DNA from: Candidatus Latescibacterota bacterium | Lineage (GTDB): Bacteria; Latescibacterota; UBA2968; GCA-2709665 | Length of the DNA: 64,000 nt | NCBI GenBank assembly: GCA_965248435.1 | Contig: OZ252100.1 | Location: 480,001 to 544,000, forward strand | Reading direction: 5' to 3' | Part shown: positions 18,120-27,967 of the stretch, piece by piece | How the letters are laid out: each line of letters opens with the position of its first letter | Position numbering within the stretch: position 1 is the stretch's first letter | Notes under the pieces: generated by a model | Told to the model about the DNA's origin: nothing | Database searches by the model: none | The model's input: the letters and a program-made list of their open reading frames with translations, nothing else | Program-made: the position numbers and the translations under genes

Positions 18120-20999
18120 CTAGATGATCTGAAGCGAAAACAGCCTGGCATTTTCCAGAACAATCCTGACCTTTAAACTCCTTCGACCCAGATCAGCCAG
18201 CCCCCGCCCGCCCCAGGAAGGTCGGTGGTCCACCTCATCTCCTGCAAACGAATCGAAGTCTGCGAGGCGATATCCGTCGAGCACACTCCCATCTTCCTTC
18301 AGCACCTCCACACCAAGGCTGCCGCCATTCTCCACCTGCGCATTGATGCAGAGGTCGTCCCCATCGAATCGGATCGGATGAGTCGTGACCTCACCGGCCC
18401 CACCGGTCGGAGCTGCATAGGCCAATCGGCCAGGCCTGATGTGCGTGAAGAGCGGCGCGTACCTCATTCGTAGCCCCCGCTGCCAGTTGGTTTCCCAATC
18501 CACAAAGTAGGGGGCTTCCGAAAAATGAGGAAGACGGGCCTTGCGCTCCTCCAGGGAGGCGTTCCCGCTGATGCTGTGATTGTGACGCCCAGTGATGGCG
18601 GTATTGTGCAGCCACCAGGCATCCCTGCCGTCCTTGTCCTTATACGGATAGTAGCTGCGCCCCTGGAAATACATGCCCCAGTTGTAGGACCCTTCCTCTT
18701 CCGAAAGTTTGATCATCGGGGCGCGGTGGTGCCTGAACCGATGCCAGTGGAGCAGATCCCGTGACCACATCAGCTCCGGATATTGGGTATGCTCATAGGT
18801 CGGATAGCTTCGGAGCTCTGCGAGATACATCTCTCCCCCGTTCACCGCCCGGCCGGAGCTCGAGGTCCCCCGCAGCATGGTCCGGCCATGGTGGGAAGCG
18901 GGCTGTTCAAGAATGAGCCCCATGTTGTAGAACTGCATACCGGGGGCATCAAACTCATCGGGCGAAACGCACGCCCGCTTGTGAAAGTGAATCCCGTCAT
19001 CGGTCCACATTACGGCGAGATTGCGCTGTGCGTCGCCCACGAAGTTGTCCCACGGCATGTTGTGCGGTGGGTAACCGGGGGTCCCGGGTCGATAATACCA
19101 GAATAGGGTTGGCTCATCCCTGCGCTCGATCTGTTCCCGAATCGTCTCGTTGCTGTGCATCAGGTCCATTCCCGGTCCCCGGTGGATCAGGGCTTCGTCC
19201 GTCAGGAACAAGTATTCATTGTTTCCTTTATACATCATCGGGTAGTAGCTGCGACACAGTCGCTTAGAACCTGTATCGACCCCGAAATCCCAGTCCTCTG
19301 TACCTCGCTGATGGTCTTCCCAGTCCCGCTCCTGATAGACGGGTTCGAAACCCAGTTCGTCCATCGAGCCTTCGAAGTCATCCGGCCACATGAAGTCGAT
19401 CTTCGGGTTACGGCCGTTCGCGATGAGCGCCATGAACACCCTGTCCGGGTCAACGGGGCCGTCCCTTTCCTCATCAAACTTCCTGAATTTGAACTTCGGC
19501 GTATTCACTCCCAGGGTAACCGAAGCCGTAACCCCTTCAGGATCGATCTCTCGGATCGCGTCTTCTGCCGTGCCCAGGATGTTATTTGCTTTGCTGCCGT
19601 GGAAGTCTACGCGACCCAACTCAGGTTTCTCCCAGTCTACGCCATTCCTCGAGGTCGCTAGACATCTATGATTGGGGCGGTTCAGGTCCTCTGGGTAAAG
19701 CTCAAAGATCTCTGCCCTGGATTCATCGATTTCGGTCAGCGGAAGAAGCCCGCCGTCCGGGCGGATGCCCGGAACCGAGAGCATCAGGTGGTCCGTATTC
19801 CTGGCCTGCTCAGGCCGGGGATCCTGCAGAATAACGTGCGAACAACCGTCGGGAGGGATGTGGAACTCCTTCACCCGTGACCCCTGATCCAGAAGTCTTT
19901 TAAGGAGGCCCTCGTATCCGGTTCGAACAGGGTTCTTGGCTACAGTAGACTGGGTCCGACTCTTGCGAATGTTCCGAAAGTGGCCTGTGCCTAATATCAG
20001 TCGCAGATTGTCGGGCTGATCGTCCTCACTCGACAGATCGTCGACGAGCAGGTGCCAGCCGAACCCGCGACGGTAATAGCTTTCGGGATCCGAGGTGTAT
20101 TCCAATTTGTAGAGCCCCTCGTCTTCATCGTAATTCAGACTCCGCATGTTCATAATCCCGAATTCCCAGGGCCTGTCCATCTCTAGCGCCGGACCGTCCG
20201 GGTTTGGATCATAGCTCATCGGCCAGAAATCGACACCCTTTACCTCCTCAAATAACCAGTCGTCACACATATACTGCAATGCGCCGCCCAGGTTAAGCGG
20301 CGGTTCGGGCTTCACGTCCGGTCCGATCAATTCCTTCCAGAACTTGCGGACCATATACGGCCCGAACGGTCGGCCGTCTTCAACTAGCTGAACCCGAATC
20401 CAGTACTCCCCTCGCCTCCAGCCGGCGTGCTCGAACCTGACGATCTGCGCAGCTTCCGACAGGTCCAGTTCGATGGGCTCGACTAGAGATTTGGACCCAC
20501 GCCGGGCGACCACGTCCATCCTTACCCGGCAGGCGGACATTCGCTCCGTCTTCAGTCGGATCGTTACGGGCACCTCATCGTGGTCGATACAGACCGGACG
20601 AAGCGCCGCGCACTCGATGAATCCAGGAGGGAAATCGTTGTGCAGCCTTCCGAGTGGGCTGTTCGCGTAGAGCTGATCCTGATCCAGCTCCATCGTCTCC
20701 GTGACGATCGGAGCGCCGTCATTCAGGATTTCAGCCGAAAACGTTGTTCCTCCCATCTTGAACAGGTGATTCGAGGCCGGCCCGGAGACCTGTTCCCAGG
20801 CCCCGTCATCCATCAGCGGATAACGGATCTCGATCTCGGCCCGTTTGCCTTCGCACGCGAGTGTGCAATCCACTTCAAGCGCATATCCGCACGGCTGCGT
20901 AGCCTTCACGCGCGCGGTGAGGTGGCCCCAATGACTCGGATCACCCGGCAGATGAAGTCTCAACAGCTGGGTGAGGTGATCTTTTTGGATGACCTGCAT
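18120..20999 (-). CDS. Large hypothetical protein with beta-propeller glycosidase-like segments and a C-terminal beta-sandwich
   Basis: Asp-box-like motifs (ATSRNGVDWEKP, WSRDLLHW) and C-terminal GEVTTHP...LCINA...GGSLGVEV...GDEVDH..W. Confidence 0.65.
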   Translation of the reverse strand: MQVIQKDHLTQLLRLHLPGDPSHWGHLTARVKATQPCGYALEVDCTLACEGKRAEIEIRYPLMDDGAWEQVSGPASNHLFKMGGTTFSAEILNDGAPIVTETMELDQDQLYANSPLGRLHNDFPPGFIECAALRPVCIDHDEVPVTIRLKTERMSACRVRMDVVARRGSKSLVEPIELDLSEAAQIVRFEHAGWRRGEYWIRVQLVEDGRPFGPYMVRKFWKELIGPDVKPEPPLNLGGALQYMCDDWLFEEVKGVDFWPMSYDPNPDGPALEMDRPWEFGIMNMRSLNYDEDEGLYKLEYTSDPESYYRRGFGWHLLVDDLSSEDDQPDNLRLILGTGHFRNIRKSRTQSTVAKNPVRTGYEGLLKRLLDQGSRVKEFHIPPDGCSHVILQDPRPEQARNTDHLMLSVPGIRPDGGLLPLTEIDESRAEIFELYPEDLNRPNHRCLATSRNGVDWEKPELGRVDFHGSKANNILGTAEDAIREIDPEGVTASVTLGVNTPKFKFRKFDEERDGPVDPDRVFMALIANGRNPKIDFMWPDDFEGSMDELGFEPVYQERDWEDHQRGTEDWDFGVDTGSKRLCRSYYPMMYKGNNEYLFLTDEALIHRGPGMDLMHSNETIREQIERRDEPTLFWYYRPGTPGYPPHNMPWDNFVGDAQRNLAVMWTDDGIHFHKRACVSPDEFDAPGMQFYNMGLILEQPASHHGRTMLRGTSSSGRAVNGGEMYLAELRSYPTYEHTQYPELMWSRDLLHWHRFRHHRAPMIKLSEEEGSYNWGMYFQGRSYYPYKDKDGRDAWWLHNTAITGRHNHSISGNASLEERKARLPHFSEAPYFVDWETNWQRGLRMRYAPLFTHIRPGRLAYAAPTGGAGEVTTHPIRFDGDDLCINAQVENGGSLGVEVLKEDGSVLDGYRLADFDSFAGDEVDHRPSWGGRGLADLGRRSLKVRIVLENARLFSLQII

Positions 21000-21019
21000 G
21001 TCGCGGAACCCCTATTCAC

Positions 21020-21107
21020 GACCGCGGACGACGGGCCGCGGACCGCTCAAAACTCGATAGATCGCGCGATTCAATTCCGTGGTCTGCCGTCTGTGGTCAA
21101 CGGTCGG
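21020..21107. repeat. Inverted repeat built of 7-nt periodic units
   Basis: Left gaccgcg-gacgacg-ggccgcg-gaccgct; right gtggtct-gccgtct-gtggtca-acggtcg. Confidence 0.7.
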
Positions 21108-21184
21108 CTGCCGTTCAGTAGAACAAAAAGCGTGGATGAGAGCCTCACTTCGTAGGTAATCGAAATCCGAAAGTGTGGCGCAGC

Positions 21185-22156
21185 CTACTGCGGCAGCTCC
21201 AGAATACGTCCCTCTCTCTCGGAGCAATACGCTGTCTCGATCGCTTCGATGTTTTTCAATCCGTCGTAACCGGAGGCCATGGGCCCTCTGTCTTCCAGAA
21301 CACGTCGGCAGAAATGGGCGAGAATACCGTCATAATAGTCGGGAAACTTGGCGGGCAGGACCTCCTCGGTGCCCTTGGTCTTCACAGTTAGGTCATCACC
21401 CAACAGAAGGGTGCCCTCGGTGCCGTATACTTCCAGAATGTATCCAGAGCAGGGCACAGCGTGAGTGACGCCAAGCATGCCGTGGGCCCCTGATGTGAAT
21501 TCAACCAGCACGAAGCCGCTCTCCTCCACCTCCCGGTTGAAAATGGCCGAACTTCCCATATAGGCGATGCGAGCAAATTCTCCGTGAAGGTAACGGAACA
21601 GGTCCAGGTAGTGAGAGCCCACGTCCATGAGAAACCCGCCGCCTCCCCGGGCCGGGTCCAGACGCCACGCTCCCTCCTTCCGCTCGGTCCACTTCGCCAA
21701 ATGGGCCCGAAGCTCGATCAGAGTCCCTAGCCGTCCAGAGTCCAGGATCTCTTTCGCGCGTTGATAGATCGGCCAGCCTCTCAAGACGAGGCAGATTTCC
21801 AGGATAACGCCTGCCTGATCACAGGCCTCTATCATCTCTTTGCACTCGTCGGAGTTCATCGCCATCGGTTTATCGCAGAAAATGTGCTTCTTGTGTTCGG
21901 CAGCAGAAATGACGTGCGCTTTGTGGAGATAGACCGGGCTCGAGACATAAACCGCATCCACGTCCGGATCCGAAAGAAGGTCATCGACAGTGTCGTAATG
22001 CCGTCGCGCTCCGAATTCCTTTGCGAGTTTTGCCGCCCGATCCAGATCCCGGACCATCAACGCCTGGATCTCACACGCCCGACACCGGTTCATCGACGGC
22101 ATCACGCGCGTCCGGGCGATATTTCCGGCTCCCAGAATGCCCCACTTTACCGACAT
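21185..22156 (-). CDS. Gfo/Idh/MocA family oxidoreductase
   Basis: WGILGAGNIA, DAVYVSSP, CDKP, GGGFLMDVGSH. Confidence 0.9.
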   Translation of the reverse strand: MSVKWGILGAGNIARTRVMPSMNRCRACEIQALMVRDLDRAAKLAKEFGARRHYDTVDDLLSDPDVDAVYVSSPVYLHKAHVISAAEHKKHIFCDKPMAMNSDECKEMIEACDQAGVILEICLVLRGWPIYQRAKEILDSGRLGTLIELRAHLAKWTERKEGAWRLDPARGGGGFLMDVGSHYLDLFRYLHGEFARIAYMGSSAIFNREVEESGFVLVEFTSGAHGMLGVTHAVPCSGYILEVYGTEGTLLLGDDLTVKTKGTEEVLPAKFPDYYDGILAHFCRRVLEDRGPMASGYDGLKNIEAIETAYCSEREGRILELPQ

Positions 22157-22244
22157 ACGCCCTGATCTCCCCCACGACGAAGAGACTCGGCGCGGAAAGC
22201 ACTTTCCACGCCTCGCCTGGCCAATCGATCCTCTGAGATGAATC

Positions 22245-23075
22245 TCACGCTTCCAGGAGGGGTCGAATCCACTCCACGAATCTTGGAAACGCCTTTTCGG
22301 GCTCCGGAAGCTCGGGGTGCCACCGCTTCTCGTTTTCGAAAATCACCCATCCGTCGTAATTCATTTCCTGGAGAAGCGCGATGGCCTCAGCGAGCGGCAG
22401 CTCACCCGTTCCGGGAAGCACGTAGCGCCATCCGTCTCTTTTCATGGCTTGAGGATGGTCCGGATCATAAACGGCGTCTTTCAAATGAACGTGCTTCACC
22501 CGATTCCCCAGGATCTCCAGGGTCTTCTCTGGAGATTCGGCCCCTACGCGGGAGGTGTGACCCACATCCCACACGAAGCCGAAGGCAGGATGCGGAATTC
22601 GGTTCAGGAGAATCTTACAGTCGTTGGACGAGATCCAGTGATCGTGCGTTTCGAAGACCCACTGAAGCTGGTCTGCCCCCTCGATATCCAGAACCGCCTC
22701 CATCGTGCGCGCGGCAACTGCGGCCAGCTCCTCCCTTGAATGGCGATCGGCATCTCCACCCCCGAACACACGAATTGCAGGGATGCCCAACTCGGCCACG
22801 ATCGGCACCGTCCGCTTGGCCTCCTCGAGATTCTGTTCCAGAAGCGCCTCGTCGCATATCTTGAGGCTGCTGTTGATCCCCGCCTGAAGACCGAAGGCAG
22901 ACAGTTTCTCCTTGGTCTTCTCGAACTCCGTCGTGAACTCAGGCCTTAAGGTCACATCGACGTCTTCCTTCAGGCCCCTGAAGTCCACGCCTTCGTATCC
23001 GTACTCCTGCGCCCGCGCGCAGATCGTATCCAGATCCCAATCTGGACATCCAAGTGTCGTAAACCCGATCTTCAA
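22245..23075 (-). CDS. Sugar phosphate isomerase/epimerase (xylose-isomerase-like TIM barrel)
   Basis: FTTLGCPDW, ETHD, WDVGH, HVHLKD, GTGELP, FENEKRWHP. Confidence 0.85.
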   Translation of the reverse strand: MKIGFTTLGCPDWDLDTICARAQEYGYEGVDFRGLKEDVDVTLRPEFTTEFEKTKEKLSAFGLQAGINSSLKICDEALLEQNLEEAKRTVPIVAELGIPAIRVFGGGDADRHSREELAAVAARTMEAVLDIEGADQLQWVFETHDHWISSNDCKILLNRIPHPAFGFVWDVGHTSRVGAESPEKTLEILGNRVKHVHLKDAVYDPDHPQAMKRDGWRYVLPGTGELPLAEAIALLQEMNYDGWVIFENEKRWHPELPEPEKAFPRFVEWIRPLLEA

Positions 23076-23097
23076 TTACCGATCCCTGTCATCGCAC

Positions 23098-23905
23098 TCA
23101 GGCCGGATAGACCAGAGGATGAAACTCCTCGTCGTCCATCAGATCTCCGACCTTTCGCCTCACGACCTTCGTAACGCTCGTGATTCTTCGGATATACACC
23201 CTGAGGATCTCGTTTGATGGTAGACCCATCCTGCATGAACACGATCGTCATTCCCCTTCGCCCATACGGAGTCATGTTAGCCGTGGCGGCGTGCAGCATC
23301 AGCCCGTTGTGAAACGCGAGGCCGCCTGCCTTCAGTGCGACGGGTACGGCCTCCAGCTTGCCCCACTCAGGATAGACCTCAAACATGGCGCCGACCTTCC
23401 CGCCGGACCCGAAGTCCTGTTCCAGCTCACGACTGTGCGAGCCAGGCAGGTAGAAGAGACAGCCGTTCTGGGTGTCCACATCCTCGAGTGCAATCCAGAC
23501 GTTGACCGCGTGTGACGAATCGAACGGCCACTTGCGTCCGTCCTGGTGCCACGCCGTCGGGTTGGCCCAGGGCACTTTGTAGATGGCGCGATCCACGAAC
23601 ACCCGCACCCGATCGATCCCCTCCAGGTCTGCTACCAGTTTGCCAAGTCTAGAGTCGTGAAGGATCTCGCGAACCCTGGGGTTGTCCACGCAGAGATTGA
23701 TCCGCTGGAATATAGCGGGGTTCGTGTCGCCCCCGGTGGTCTCCGGATCGTCCCCCGGCAGCGCGGCGCCCTTCCTCCTGTCGATGGCATCTTCGACGGC
23801 GTCCCTGAGGGCCTCGGTCTCCTCGGGCGAATAGAACTCCTCGAAGATCAGAAATCCGTTCTCGCGGTAAGACGCGATCTGTTCCTCTGAGACTTCAGTG
23901 ATCAA
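23098..23905 (-). CDS. Phytanoyl-CoA dioxygenase (PhyH) family protein, apparent frameshift near 23155
   Basis: WHQD, WIALED..NGCL, PGSH, LHAA..N..R. Another frame gives C-terminus KVGDLMDDEEFHPLVYPA*, matching the paralog's KAGDLLDNEEFYPVAYQN. Confidence 0.82.
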
Positions 23906-23918
23906 GAGACGACCTCCC

Positions 23919-24707
23919 TCAGTTCTGATACGCCACCGGATAGAACTCTTCGTTGTCAAGGAGGTCGCCCGCCTTCAACCCGGCCGTAAAGGACTCTGGG
24001 AGGGCGGTCGGCACACCGTTAAACGTACTCCCGTCGGGCATGTATGCGCACGTTACGGCCTTCCGGCGCCCGGGGGTCATGTTCGCGGCCGCGGCGTGCA
24101 GCATCCAGCCGTTGTGAAACGAACAGCCACCCGCCTTCAGTACCGCCGGTGCGGGCTCCAGAGTCGAAAATTCCGGATACGCCTCGAAGAGGGCTGAAAC
24201 TTTCCCTCCCGACCCGAAATCCTTGCCCAGCCGCTTGCGGTGCGTTCCCGGAAGAAAAAAGAGACAGCCGTTCTGGAGCGTGACATCCTCGAGCGCGATC
24301 CAGATCGTGATCGCGTGCTCCGAAGTAAAGGCCCACTTCCGGTCATCCTGGTGCCAGCCCGTGGGGTTGGCCCAGGGCAGCTTGTAGAATCCGACATCCT
24401 GGTAGACTCTGACGCCATCCACGCCTTCAAGGTCTGCCGCCAGCTTCCCGATCCTCGGATCCAGCAGCAGCTTCCTCATCTCGGGGAAGTCCATCCTGAG
24501 ATTGGCGGTTATAAGCAATGCCGGATTGTTACCCGTCTTTGCGTCCGGATCATCCCCGGGCTGCACGGCTCCCTTCCTGCTCGCTATCGCTTCATCCACC
24601 GTTTCCCGCCAGGCCTGAAGCTCCTCCGGATTCAGAAACTCGTCCAGGATGAGGAACCCGTTGTCTCGATAGGAGGAAATCTGATCTTCGCTGAGCTCAG
24701 TCACCAT
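23919..24707 (-). CDS. Phytanoyl-CoA dioxygenase (PhyH) family protein
   Basis: YRDNGFL, WHQD, WIALED, PGTH, LHAAAAN, RKA; GGGGAG RBS before ATG 24707. Confidence 0.88.
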   Translation of the reverse strand: MVTELSEDQISSYRDNGFLILDEFLNPEELQAWRETVDEAIASRKGAVQPGDDPDAKTGNNPALLITANLRMDFPEMRKLLLDPRIGKLAADLEGVDGVRVYQDVGFYKLPWANPTGWHQDDRKWAFTSEHAITIWIALEDVTLQNGCLFFLPGTHRKRLGKDFGSGGKVSALFEAYPEFSTLEPAPAVLKAGGCSFHNGWMLHAAAANMTPGRRKAVTCAYMPDGSTFNGVPTALPESFTAGLKAGDLLDNEEFYPVAYQN

Positions 24708-24814
24708 CTCGGTCTCCCCTTCAGTTCTGGATGGTGCAAACGGATCTACACGGACAGCCAAAATATCGTAAAGCGGAATGCGCGTCAAACCAAAATTCAT
24801 GCATACAATTCCGG

Positions 24815-24843
24815 TTGACTTCGCGGTCGGTGTTCCTCATAAT
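24815..24843 (+). promoter_or_regulatory. sigma70-type promoter (a divergent TTGACG-17-TATTTT lies just upstream on the minus strand)
   Basis: TTGACT-17 nt-CATAAT. Confidence 0.55.
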
Positions 24844-24888
24844 TCAACTCAACAGAATGGTCGCAAAACAAGAAGGAGGCAGCTCGTT

Positions 24889-25245
24889 ATGGCAGGATTG
24901 AAGCAGCAATTGGAGACGTGCCTGGGGAAGTTTCGAGCCGGCAGCTTGACCGAGGAGGATTTGCAGCAGGCCCTCGACCGCGCAAACGGCGGCGGCCCGC
25001 CTCAGCGCCTGCTTTATCTGCACGCATACAGCACGCTCATAACCTCTTCTATTGAGGCCATGTCTTACGTGGACGCGGAGGGTGTACACGACGGCCCGGA
25101 CGACCCCGAGGATTGGCCCTACAAGTCTGTCCACGAAGCGATTCTGGACGGCTGGCGGGTCATCAAGTTCCCCGAACTTTCACTGATGATGGCGGGCGAC
25201 GAGAATACCTATGGGATCGGCTGTGAGTTCGTCCTGGAGAAGTGA
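24889..25245 (+). CDS. Small hypothetical protein leading the PhyH operon
   Basis: AAGGAGG RBS; QRLLYLH...WPYKSVHEAILDGWRVIKFP...EFVLEK. Confidence 0.75.
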   Translation: MAGLKQQLETCLGKFRAGSLTEEDLQQALDRANGGGPPQRLLYLHAYSTLITSSIEAMSYVDAEGVHDGPDDPEDWPYKSVHEAILDGWRVIKFPELSLMMAGDENTYGIGCEFVLEK

Positions 25246-25266
25246 ATCGCCTGAGGAGGTCAGATC

Positions 25267-26142
25267 GTGCACATTCCGGAAGTGATATACGACTGTGAAC
25301 CGACCCTGAACGATCTGGACGTCGCTCGGTTCTGCAAGACCGGTTTTCTGATCTACGAGGGGATCGTGTCGGATGAGATCAATCAACGCACCCAGGAATT
25401 CCTGGACGAGCATCCGAGCGGGGAACCGACCGAGATCCTGGTTGAAGACTGGTTCGTGGACGGCGTGCTCAAGAACCCGCAGGCCGCGGGCGCGGTTCGG
25501 TCACTCCTGGGGAAAGATTTCAAGCTGCCCACGTTCATGAGCAACCACCGCAAGCCCTGTCCCGAAAAGGTCGTCTGCGCCTGGCACAGGGACGGCGGCG
25601 GCATGGTCACGCACCAGGTCCACAACCTGCAGGTCTTCTACTACCCTCAGGACACGCCGAAAGAGATGGGTCCCACCCAACTCATTCCGGGCAGCCACTT
25701 CATCGCCGGATCACGACGTTTCATGAAACACATCGGCGGCGTCCAGAAGGCCGTTTCGACCGCCTCCGCCGCCGGGTCGATCTTCATCACGCACTATCCG
25801 GTTCTGCACCGGAAGACCACCGCGACCGGGACCGGCATCCGAAACATGCTCAAGTACAACTACCACAGGCGGTCCGCCCCGACGCGAGACTGGGTCATGG
25901 ATCCCGACATCGACCCCGCGGCTCTGGACTTCAGGCCCGAAGTTTTAGATGGAATTCGTGTCGGAGCCCTGCAGGAAATCCACTGGAGCGCGATCAATCC
26001 CGCACGCATGTATACATGGCTCTGCGGTCTTGGAGAAGATTTCGAGTTCAGGGGCGGACATTCCTGGCCGGTCTGCCTGGACGAATACCCCGGGACGCCA
26101 TACGAGGGCTTCCCGAGCGAACTCCTGTCGAACCCCGGGTGA
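25267..26142 (+). CDS. PhyH-like Fe(II)/2OG dioxygenase paralog 1
   Basis: WHRDG, YYPQDTP..MGPT..IPGSH, LHR, R.MLKYNY. Confidence 0.82.
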   Translation: MHIPEVIYDCEPTLNDLDVARFCKTGFLIYEGIVSDEINQRTQEFLDEHPSGEPTEILVEDWFVDGVLKNPQAAGAVRSLLGKDFKLPTFMSNHRKPCPEKVVCAWHRDGGGMVTHQVHNLQVFYYPQDTPKEMGPTQLIPGSHFIAGSRRFMKHIGGVQKAVSTASAAGSIFITHYPVLHRKTTATGTGIRNMLKYNYHRRSAPTRDWVMDPDIDPAALDFRPEVLDGIRVGALQEIHWSAINPARMYTWLCGLGEDFEFRGGHSWPVCLDEYPGTPYEGFPSELLSNPG

Positions 26143-26170
26143 GTCGATCCCAATTCAGACGTGATGCGTT

Positions 26171-27019
26171 ATGAGCGAACGAATCCACGACTGCGAACCT
26201 ACGCTGACCGATACTGACGTCATCGACTTTTGCCGGCACGGGTATCTGTTCTACGAGGCCGTCGTCCCGGATGAAATCAATCGAGGCACACTCGATTTTC
26301 TGGACGCTCGACCCGAGGGCGATCCGAGTGAGATCCTCGGGGAAGATTGGTTCATTGAGGGCGTCCTTTTGAATCCCCAGGCCGCGGGCGCCGTTCGATC
26401 CCTGCTGGGAAGGAACTTCAAGCTGCCGACCTGGATGTCCAATCACCGGAAGGTCTGTCCGGAAGAGATGAGGTGCGGATGGCACCGGGACGGAGGTGGG
26501 ATCTTTACGACAGAGGTCAACCAGCTGCAGGTGTTCTACTATCCGCAGGACACCCCAAAGGAGTTGGGACCGACAGAAATCATCCCCAGCAGCCACTTCA
26601 TCCAGGGGTCACGACGCTTTATGAAGCACGTCGGGAGGGTCCGAAAAGGGTTTTCGACCGCATCGCCGGCAGGCTCGATCTTCGTGACGCACTATCCGAT
26701 CCTGCACCGGAAGACGCCCGCCACTGCAACGGGTGTTCGTCACATGCTCAAGTACAACTACTGGCGAAAGACCTCGCCGGTCCGGGACTGGGTGACCGAT
26801 CCGAATCAGGACATCGGGGGTGTGGACTTCAGGCCCGAGACCTCTTTCCACGAGCTCCATTGGAGTGCGATTCCGCCGGCGCGGATGTATACCTGGCTCT
26901 GCGGCCTCTCAGACGCGTTCGACTTCAAAGGCGGGGCAGAGTGGCCGATCACGGTCGGCCAATTCCCGAATCATCCTCAGGAAGGCTTCCCGGTAGAACT
27001 CGAACGCCGATCTGACTGA
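26171..27019 (+). CDS. PhyH-like Fe(II)/2OG dioxygenase paralog 2
   Basis: Same motifs; colinear with its neighbours. Confidence 0.82.
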   Translation: MSERIHDCEPTLTDTDVIDFCRHGYLFYEAVVPDEINRGTLDFLDARPEGDPSEILGEDWFIEGVLLNPQAAGAVRSLLGRNFKLPTWMSNHRKVCPEEMRCGWHRDGGGIFTTEVNQLQVFYYPQDTPKELGPTEIIPSSHFIQGSRRFMKHVGRVRKGFSTASPAGSIFVTHYPILHRKTPATATGVRHMLKYNYWRKTSPVRDWVTDPNQDIGGVDFRPETSFHELHWSAIPPARMYTWLCGLSDAFDFKGGAEWPITVGQFPNHPQEGFPVELERRSD

Positions 27020-27038
27020 GACGAAACAAGAGGGACCG

Positions 27039-27887
27039 ATGGAAGAACGCTTCCACGATTGCGAACCGACGCTGACGGACGAGCAGGTCATCGAATTCTG
27101 CAAGAACGGGTTTCTGATCTACAAAGCCGCCATCCCCAGGGAGATCAATGAGCGTATAATGGATTTCCTGGGGTCGCATACGCACGTACGCCTCGACGAG
27201 ATCCTGGACGACGAGTGGTTTGTAGACGGCCTCCTCAAGAATCCACAGGTCTGCGGCGCGGTCCGGTCACTGCTGGGTAAGAACTACAAGCTGCCGATGT
27301 GGATCTACGATCACCGCAAGGAGTGCCCCGACAAGCACGTCTGCGGCTGGCACCGCGACGGAGGCGGAATCGTCACTCCACGGGTCAACTATCTGGCGCT
27401 GTTCTACTATCCGCAGGACACCCCGAAGGCGTTGGGCCCAACCGGATTCCTGCCCGGCAGCCACTTTGTGAATGGATCGCGACGCTTCATGAAGCACGTC
27501 GGCAAAACCCGGTCTGAGATTTTGGCCGCCTCACCGGCTGGAACCGTCGTCATCACCCACTATCCCATCCTGCACAAGCGGACAACCGCAACAGCGACGG
27601 GTATCCGACACATGTTTCATTACCACTACTGGAGGACGACCCCTCCGAATCGGGACTGGATCATCGATCCAGGCTTTGACGTGGAGTCGACCGAGTTCAA
27701 ACCGGATGCCTCAGTCCACGAAAAATGGTGGAGCGCCATCCAGCCCGCGCGTATGTACAGCTGGCTGTGCGGCCTCGGTGACGACATTGACTTCAAGGGA
27801 GGTCAGAACTGGCCTGTCCACAAGAGGCTCTACTACGATGAACCGATCGAGGGCATTCCACAGGCATTGAGAACGGTCTTAAAATAA
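27039..27887 (+). CDS. PhyH-like Fe(II)/2OG dioxygenase paralog 3
   Basis: WHRDG, PGSH, LHKR, RHMF. Confidence 0.82.
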   Translation: MEERFHDCEPTLTDEQVIEFCKNGFLIYKAAIPREINERIMDFLGSHTHVRLDEILDDEWFVDGLLKNPQVCGAVRSLLGKNYKLPMWIYDHRKECPDKHVCGWHRDGGGIVTPRVNYLALFYYPQDTPKALGPTGFLPGSHFVNGSRRFMKHVGKTRSEILAASPAGTVVITHYPILHKRTTATATGIRHMFHYHYWRTTPPNRDWIIDPGFDVESTEFKPDASVHEKWWSAIQPARMYSWLCGLGDDIDFKGGQNWPVHKRLYYDEPIEGIPQALRTVLK

Positions 27888-27909
27888 AGCTGATTGATTC
27901 GCCCAAACA

Positions 27910-27940
27910 AAAGGCCCCGGAGGTTTCCTCCGGGGCCTTT
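27910..27940. terminator. Bidirectional intrinsic terminator
   Basis: aaaggccccggagg-ttt-cctccggggccttt between convergent genes. Confidence 0.85.
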
Positions 27941-27967
27941 GCATTTCCACTTCGGATCGCCAGGCTG

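Noticed and set aside
23098-27887. PhyH paralogs as Fe/2OG halogenases
   Set aside because: All five keep HxD; halogenases replace the Asp with Ala or Gly.
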